Positions 49,463-64,000 of a stretch of 64,000 bases of DNA are shown here, piece by piece. The notes below the pieces were generated by a model that was given only the letters and a program-made list of their open reading frames with translations, had not been told where the DNA came from and did not search any database. The stretch lies in NCBI RefSeq assembly GCF_009914755.1, contig NC_060947.1, one strand, 5' to 3'. A program made the translations under genes and the position numbers. The DNA is from the human T2T-CHM13v2.0 reference genome, Homo sapiens. Position 1 is the stretch's first letter; every line of letters begins with the position of its first letter.

Positions 49463-49584
49463 TTAGTACATTATTGTGGCTTTTACTATCAAAGAGATGA
49501 GCAACGAGAGGTTGTGGGTCTCTGAGACATGTTGTGACCTGCATTTTAAAACTATCACTGCTTCCTACAATAAGAAAAAGGCTA

Positions 49585-49902
<318 letters not shown>

Positions 49903-49984
49903 TTAGACCAGCACGACAATGGTGAAGGTGTTGAGAAGTCAGGATGCAGATATATGTTAAAGTAAGAGTCAAATCAAATATACA

Positions 49985-51320
49985 CAACAGAGCACTATGC
50001 AGCAATAAACAAGAATGAGATATTGTCATAGATGGAACTGGAGGTCATTATATGAAGTGAACAATAAGCCAGGCACAGAAAGATGAACTTGGCATGTTCT
50101 CACTTATGTGTGGGAGCTAAAAATTATAACAATTGAACTCATAGAGATAGAAAGTAGAAGGATGGTTACCAGAGGCTGGGAAGGGTAGTGGGGAGAGTCA
50201 GGAGGGGAGTGGGGAAGGTTAATGGGTACAAAAATTAATCAGAAAAACTGAATAAGATCTAGTATTTAATAGCACAAGTCAACTATAGTTGATAATTTAA
50301 TTGTACATTAAAAATAATTAAGAGTATAATTAGATTGTAACACAAAGGATAAATGCTTGAGGTGATAGATACCCCATTTACCCTGATGTGATTATTATGC
50401 ATTGTATGCCTGTATCAAAATATCTCTTTTTATTCTTTTGAGACAAGGTCTTGCTCTGTCAGCCAGGCTGAAGTGCAATAATGTGATTAAGACTCACTGC
50501 AGCCTTGATCTCTCAGGCTCAAGCAATACTCCCACTTCAGCCTCCTGAGTCGCTGAGACTACAGGCATGGGCCACCATGCCCAGCTAACTTTTAATTTAT
50601 TTATATATATATATATAATTTTATTTACTTTATGTTCTGGGATACATGTGCTGAACGTGCAGGTTTGTTACATAGGTATACATGTGCCATGGTGGTTTGC
50701 TGCACCTATCAACCTGTCATCTAGGTTTTAAGCTCCGCATGCATTAGGTATTTGTCCTAATGCTCTCCCTCCCCTTTCCCCACATCCCCCGACAGGTCCC
50801 GGTGTGTGATGTTCCCCTCCCTGTGTCCATGTGTTCTCATTGTTCAACTCCCACTTATGAGTGAGAACATGCAGTGTTTGGCTTTCTGTTCCCGTGTTAG
50901 TTTGTTGAGGATGATGGTTTCCAGCTTCATACATGTGGGTATCTACCAAAAGGATTATAAATCATTCTACTATGAAGACACATGCACACGTATGTTTACT
51001 GCAGCACTATTTACAATAGCAAAGACTTGGAACCAACCCAAATGCTCATCAATGATAGACTGGATAAAGAAAATGTGGCATGTATACACCATAGGAAACT
51101 ATGAAGCCATAAAAAAGAATTTTTTCTTTTTGGTAGAGACAGGATTTCGCCATGTTGCCTTGGCTGGTGTCAAACTTCTCGGCTCAAGTGATCCTCCTGC
51201 CTTGGCCTCCCAAAGTGCTGGGATTACAGGGGAGAGCCACCATCCCCAGGCCTAAAATATCTCATGTCCCCCATAAATATATGCACCTGCTATTTACCCA
51301 CAAAAATTTGTAAAAAGAGT
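49985..51320. mobile_element. Three-level nest: L1MA-type 3' end (+) containing an Alu (-), which contains a 5'-inverted L1PA 3' end
   Basis: aaaatatctc duplicated around the Alu (~50417 and ~51254); L1PA minus segment ~50615-50936, inverted plus segment 50937-51120. Confidence 0.8.
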
Positions 51321-51450
51321 CAAAAGACATGCTGATAGTTTGAAGTGGAATATGAGAGAAAGCAAAGAATAAAAGATGACCATAGCTAACTGAGTGTGGT
51401 GGCTCACACCTATAATCCCAGCACTTTGGGAGGCCGAGGTGGGGGGATCA

Positions 51451-51675
<225 letters not shown>

Positions 51676-51963
51676 TCAAAAAAAGAGCAACAACAACAAC
51701 AAAAAAACCATAGCCATATGGCTTGAGTAAGGAAAGACAGAGTTGCTATTTGTTGAGATGGGGATGACAGTGAAAAGAGCAGGCTTGGGGTGGTGGAAAG
51801 TGCAAATGTAAGTGTTCGATTTTGGATATACTTAATTTGAAACGTCATTATACAACCAAGTGGAGATCTTGCATGTACACTGGAGATACATGGCAAAAAA
51901 TATATAAATTCTCTCCTAGAACACAAAGTCAAAAGCAAAGTCACCTAAGATATCTGAATGCGT

Positions 51964-51964
<1 letters not shown>

Positions 51965-52009
<45 letters not shown>
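51965..52009. repeat. (CA)~22 microsatellite, (UG)n in the WNK3 pre-mRNA
   Basis: Directly visible. Confidence 0.95.
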
Positions 52010-52011
<2 letters not shown>

Positions 52012-54004
52012 CCTAGCCTGTCTGCTGAGAACTCTAGAAGCAATAACTCCCCAGTAGCAGCAAACACACCCAATACTCAGGCTTTTTTTCTAAATTACAT
52101 TACCCACTAAAAGGAATAAGGGGGAGGCTGAGGCGAGGGGATCGCTTGAGCCCAGGAGTTGATGACCAGCCTGGGCAACTGAGCAATACCTCGCCTCTAC
52201 AAAAAATAAAAACTAAAAAAATTAACTGGCCGTGGTGGCACATGCATATAGTCCCAGCTATTTGGGAGGCTGAGATGGGAGGATTATTTGAGCCCAGGAG
52301 CCAGGTTGAGGCTGCAGTGAGCCATGATCTTGCCACTGGCACTCCACCTTGAGTGACAGAGCAAGACCCTGCCTCAAAAAAATTTTTAAAAATGCAAATA
52401 AATCAATAAATTAAAGGAATCAGAACTCCATGGAGAAATAGCTGGATTCCAGGGTAGGGGCAGGGAAAAGACAAAATGAGCCTGGAATATCTGTCTTGCT
52501 GTGGCCAGAAAATAAGGAAGTGTTCAAAGAATGATGGGAAAATGTCAAAAGGACACAAATGCTACCATGAATGGTCCCCCAAATCTAGGGCATTTTAACC
52601 ATCTAAATAAATAATGATAGTATTATACTATAACCTAGTAAATAAAATAAGGTCCCCATGAGTTCATACTAACATAAATAAATAAATAAATGAGGGAGAA
52701 TGGCCAACTAATAAAGAGGAATGATGGAGCTAGAAAATCATAAATGGATGCTAAAACTAGTAAGTGAAAGGGATATTTACATAGCTTCAAAATATCTCCC
52801 CACAAATAACTCATAAACTATAAGGGAAGAAACGATAACTTTACAGTAGAGAAGCTTGGCAGGCCCCACTTGAACCAAGTAATAAAAGTTAACTTCACCA
52901 ATATTGGGACAAACTGGCATTACTTCTATTATGATGCACTGATAAGAAGACAACATCACTCACACAGTATTCCTGCCAAGAATGCATTATCTGAATATAA
53001 TCATGAGGAAACTTCAAACAAACCCAAACTGAGAGACATTCTATAAAAAAAAACAACTGGCCTCTGCATTGCAATACTGTCAAGAAAGACAGAAAAAGGT
53101 TGAAGAATCGCTCAAAATTAAAACAGACTAAATACAAAAATTAAAAGATTTGAATAGGCACTTCACCAAAGAAGGTATTTGAATCTCTAATAATTATATG
53201 AAAAAACACTCAACATCATTATTTATCAGGAAAATGCAAGTTAAAAACCACAATATATAACCACATCAAACTCATCAAAACAGCTAAAATTTAAACAACT
53301 GACAACAGATAAGGATGCAGAGTAAATGGAAGTCTCATACATTGCCAGCGGGAACGTATTTCAGTACAATAGCTTTGGAAAACTGTCTGGCAATATAAGG
53401 TATGGCTAAAACTACCCTTATTCTGTGACCTAACAATCCCATTCCTAAGTATATACACAAGAGAAATGAGTGCATATATTCACCAAAAAATATACAGGAA
53501 AGCTCACAGCAGCTTTATCCATAAGAGCCAAAAACTAGAACCAATCCTAATGTACATGGATAGGAGAATGGATAACTGAATCATGATATATTCTACAACA
53601 GAACAACTACCAGCAATGAAACAAACTATTGATACATGCAACAATGTAGATGAATCTCGGTGAACTTTCTAGGGGGCTGGAAGTGTTCTATATCTTCATT
53701 TGCATTTCATGAAGATATATATATATGAACACTCATCAAACTGTACATTTAGGATACCTTAATGAATGTATATACCTTTGTAAAAAAAAATTTGAAGAAC
53801 AGCTGGTATGATTCAATTCTGATAAAATACCACACATTTTTCATACACACATAGCATGGAAAATGTCTAGAAAAACTACAAAAGTTTTGTTTTTGAGAGG
53901 TAGGATCATAGGTAACTTTAACTTTCTTTATACATTTCTGTACTTTAAAAAGTATTTATGAGAAGAAAAGTTATTTTTAAAAAGCTCCTTTTTTGTGTCT
54001 GTGT

Positions 54005-55009
<1,005 letters not shown>

Positions 55010-58000
55010 TAAAAGATGTATGCCATACCCAAAGAATTCTGAAAATTAAAAAAATATATATACCAAACTTTTTACTTATAAAGATAAAGAATACCACCTA
55101 TAAGCACTTAGGAGGAAAAGGGAACAAAAAAAATCAGACAGGCCTAGGCTTCTCTTCTGAAGCATTAGCTAGAAGAAGACAAAAGAACAAAATATGTAGA
55201 TGGGAAAAAAAGACTGTAAACTGATTTTTTTTTAATGCCTAACAAGTTTTTGTTCATGTGTGAATGTAAATGAAACGTCAGTTTCGGATATCCAAAGAAT
55301 CAGAAATTTCAAACCCAAGTAACTTTGAAAAATTACACAAAGCCATTCTTCAAACTACACAGGTACTTAGCAAAATTTAAAAATCAAGAATAGAGAATAT
55401 GTGGTATAAAAACTGGTGATCTATACTAAAACCAATAGTTAATATTGAGTCCAAATTGTTAGAATTGTAGTTTCAAAATTGAATGTACACATATAAATCA
55501 AGAATATAACATGTATAATATGATAAAATTATTTTAAAAAGCTTTCATAATTGCTATCCTCCCAAAACAACAGTTTGCCTTTTTCTTAAATACCTTATCA
55601 TGGTAATCCGCAAATAATCAGTCTTTTAGCTCATTCAACCAACCTCCCAAATTGAAGAGTTCAACTGTGCTGCTATTTACGAAGCTGGCTCCTTCCTGGA
55701 AAAATGAGATCAATCTGAAAGGTTCTCCCCACTTCAACATCTTCAGTATTCTAACTGATTTACATTACAAAAGGGAGAGGGCTGAATAATGTCACTGGAA
55801 ATCAATCCAAATGACTAATGTCCTTATTATTACCAGTTTCAACAATATGAATAGATACAAAGCAATACATGCCTTTTGGGAACACTTTTTGACAATGTTC
55901 AGCAAACACACCCACTGTTTAAACTGATTTCCCTTCAATTAGAATAAAGCAATTTCACATAAATACAATACTGTGCTAAATAGCATTTTTACAGAAATAG
56001 TCTGATTCCCTGGAAACTAGAATATCTCTCTAGAGAAATCAGTTATAACTTTCTCGATTTTTACACAAATATTTCCATGTAATGGAATTAACTACTTTAT
56101 AGAGGAAGCTACAGTGAAGATTAAACGAAATGACACTGCTTGATACATAGCAGGTCCTCAAAAAATGTCAACTCCCTAACTATAAGTTTCACTCCATTAG
56201 AATGCCTCAGACTCAGCTACCTGGGAGGCTGAGGCAGCAGGATCACTTAAGCCCAGGAGTTCGAGGCTGCAATAAGCTATGATAGTGCCACTGCACTAGG
56301 TGACAGAGTGAAACCGTATCTCAAAAGAAAAAAAAAAGGATGAAAAAAGAGGGTGGGAAGAAGGGAGGGAGGAAGGAAGTAAGGAAGGCAGCCAGCTAGT
56401 CTCAGAAACTGGTTACATAATAAAATGGTCATTACCAGAATACAGGTGTGGAGTGTTTTAATAATATTCACTCACAGTAGGCCCATGGATATTTCTGAAC
56501 AAACTGAACGTAGAGAATCTTTTGCCAATTAATGTCAGTGTTATACACATCAACAGAGTCCATTCTTCATATAGTTTCTGTACTGTTTTGTAAGCACTAA
56601 AAGAATAGAAATGTCACCAGAAACAAAGCCAATTTCTTAAAACCACTGATAACCACAGTAACTATATGGGTCTAAAACATACCATGGCTAGAATTAAGAT
56701 AAAGACTGAAGTATAAAGATATTACCTTCACTGATTAAGAAACTGGAATTAACAAAGCAAATGATTCCATTGGCTAAGCTATGAATAGTAGTAAAATAGA
56801 AAATAGAACCACAATTTCTAGAGTAATCTTACAAATACACAACTCAGCTATGCTAATATGTAGATTTAGCCATGAAAACAAGTAATACATAACCTTTCAA
56901 TGACTCCTCATGCATTCAAAGTCTGAAATCTGGCCAATCCAGTCAGTACTTATGAAAACAATATCAACAAAAACCTGAATGAAACCCCTGCTTCTAGTTG
57001 TCAACGCTAGATATTTGCAACAACAAAATCACTAAGTTATTTTCCCTTTTAATGTCAATCCACATTATTCATGTAGATAAGAGAAATTCTGTGACTGAAT
57101 CAATATGGTAACAACGAACGTATACATCTGTCTTACCAACTACCTAATACTCTAGAAAGCAACAGAAATTATTACTTTAAAAACCTAGAATTGGCCGGGT
57201 ACGGTGGCTCACGCCTGTAATCCTAGCACTTTGGGAGGCCGAGGCGGGTAGATCACTACAGGTCAGCAGTTTGAGACCAGCCTGGCCAACATGATGAAAC
57301 CCTGTCTCTACTAAAAATACAAAAATTAGCCAGGAATTGCTTGAACCCGGAAGGCGGAGGTTGCAGTGAGCCAAGATTGTGCCACTGCACTCCAGCCTGG
57401 GCAACAGAGCGAGACTCCCATCTTAAAGCAAAAAACAAAAACTAGAATAAAGTCATAACATCCCAGAAAAACTAAAAAGAATGCCATCCACAGACCATAA
57501 ATGGTAAAGAACCTTCCAAAAGAACAGAAACCAATAGATCACATCCATGGGGAACAAAATATATGGAAACCAAAGCTTCAAACGCACATATAGGAGAAAA
57601 CTATTGCAAAGTTAGGAGTGATTTGGGGAAGCTCTAAAACTACTCAATGGATACCAGAAGATTGCCTGGCTTTGGGGAATTCATCTGGGAGATTAAATGA
57701 TATGGTGAATTAACAGCAGCTAGGCTAGGCAATCCTATCCTCTCCTAACCCCTCATTATGCTAAATAGTGAGCAGCAAGGAAATTTGCCCAAAAACTCAA
57801 GGTAGAGCCTGAGAGGAAGAACAAATCTACAGGTAACAAACTACTAAGAAAACGTGCTCCCAACACAACTTGTCTCTCCTCTACAGTAACTGGCAGCAAG
57901 GCAGGCTACTGTAAGTAAACAAATCAGACAGGTGAACAGGACCCTTAAATATGACTGAATAAAAAACCAAGAATCACCAAATCCTTGAGAAACACTAAAA

Positions 58001-58891
58001 CTTAGAAAAAAAAGAAGCACCAAACTCAACAAAGAGATTAACTCTTTAATTAACTTCAAGAGGATCCTTAATGCTGCCTGGCAATCTCACTACATTTCCC
58101 TTGTTCATTCATTCTACTACCATTCTTCTATGTAACTATTTAATACTTTTGCTTCCATCATTAAACTTCTAATACACACTCCCTCCCCTAACTTCATTCT
58201 CAGCTGATGACATTGCTTCCATTTCACTGAGAAAATAAAAAAGGCAACAAAAAGATAATTTCCATAACATCCACCCACCTAAATAGCATTTATGGCCATA
58301 ATCTCTACCTTCACGCTTATTATTATGGACAACTGTACTCCTATGCTAAGGCCAACCCCTCTATGTAGAAACTAAATGTCATCTCCTCTCATCTTCTCAA
58401 GGACATCACTACGGTAATTTTTTTCCTATTTCAAGAAATTTTCCCTCATTCCTAAATCATTCTTCCTATAAATGAGATTATTTCTCCATGAAAACAAACC
58501 CTCTCAACCAGAGCTCACTGGAGATGACTGATTATAAAGCTGGGGCAAGGAAGAATAGGATAGGTCTGGAACATCTTCTTGTGTACAGATAAGTTCAAAG
58601 ATGATGGGAGCTGATGGTGGCTAATGCCTATAATCCCAACACTTTGGGAGGTTGATGCAGGAGGACTGCTTGACGCCAGGAGTTTGAGACCAGCCTGGGC
58701 AATATAGCAAGACTCCATCTCTACAAGAAAACAAAAACAACAAAAGGCTGGGCATGGTAGTACATGCCTAGAGTCCCAGCTACTTGTGAGGCTGAGGTAG
58801 GAGGATTGCTTGAGCTCAGGAGGTTGAGGCTACAGTAGACCATGACTGAGCCACTGCACTCCAGCCTGGGTGACAAAGCAAGACCCTGTCA

Positions 58892-64000
<5,109 letters not shown>

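Overview
Human (primate) genomic DNA: the 3' part of the WNK3 kinase gene, read on the minus strand. I reconstructed 12 coding exons with GT-AG boundaries and consistent phases. They run from [11 protein letters not shown]... (43224) to the 30-nt cassette exon GKSCLINELE (12597-12626); from recall these are about exons 11-22 of the X-linked gene. They encode the CCT-like domain, an RFxV-type SPAK/OSR1 docking motif, the 141-nt alternative extension of exon 18 and the HQ coiled coil. The remainder is intron densely filled with Alu, L1, L2/MIR, MER DNA transposons, LTRs, an SVA 3' end and an Alu-interrupted RPL7A processed pseudogene. Almost all short ORFs in the supplied track are Alu/L1 artefacts. 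There is no sign of a new multi-gene system. The most interesting signals concern splicing: the 30-nt coding microexon lies inside an antisense L1 ORF2 remnant, two candidate frame-breaking cryptic exons have donors running straight into UG repeats (TDP-43-type architecture), and there are further poison/microexon candidates. There are also several unusual retrotransposition scars. Repeat subfamily names and exon numbers come from recall and were not checked against any database.
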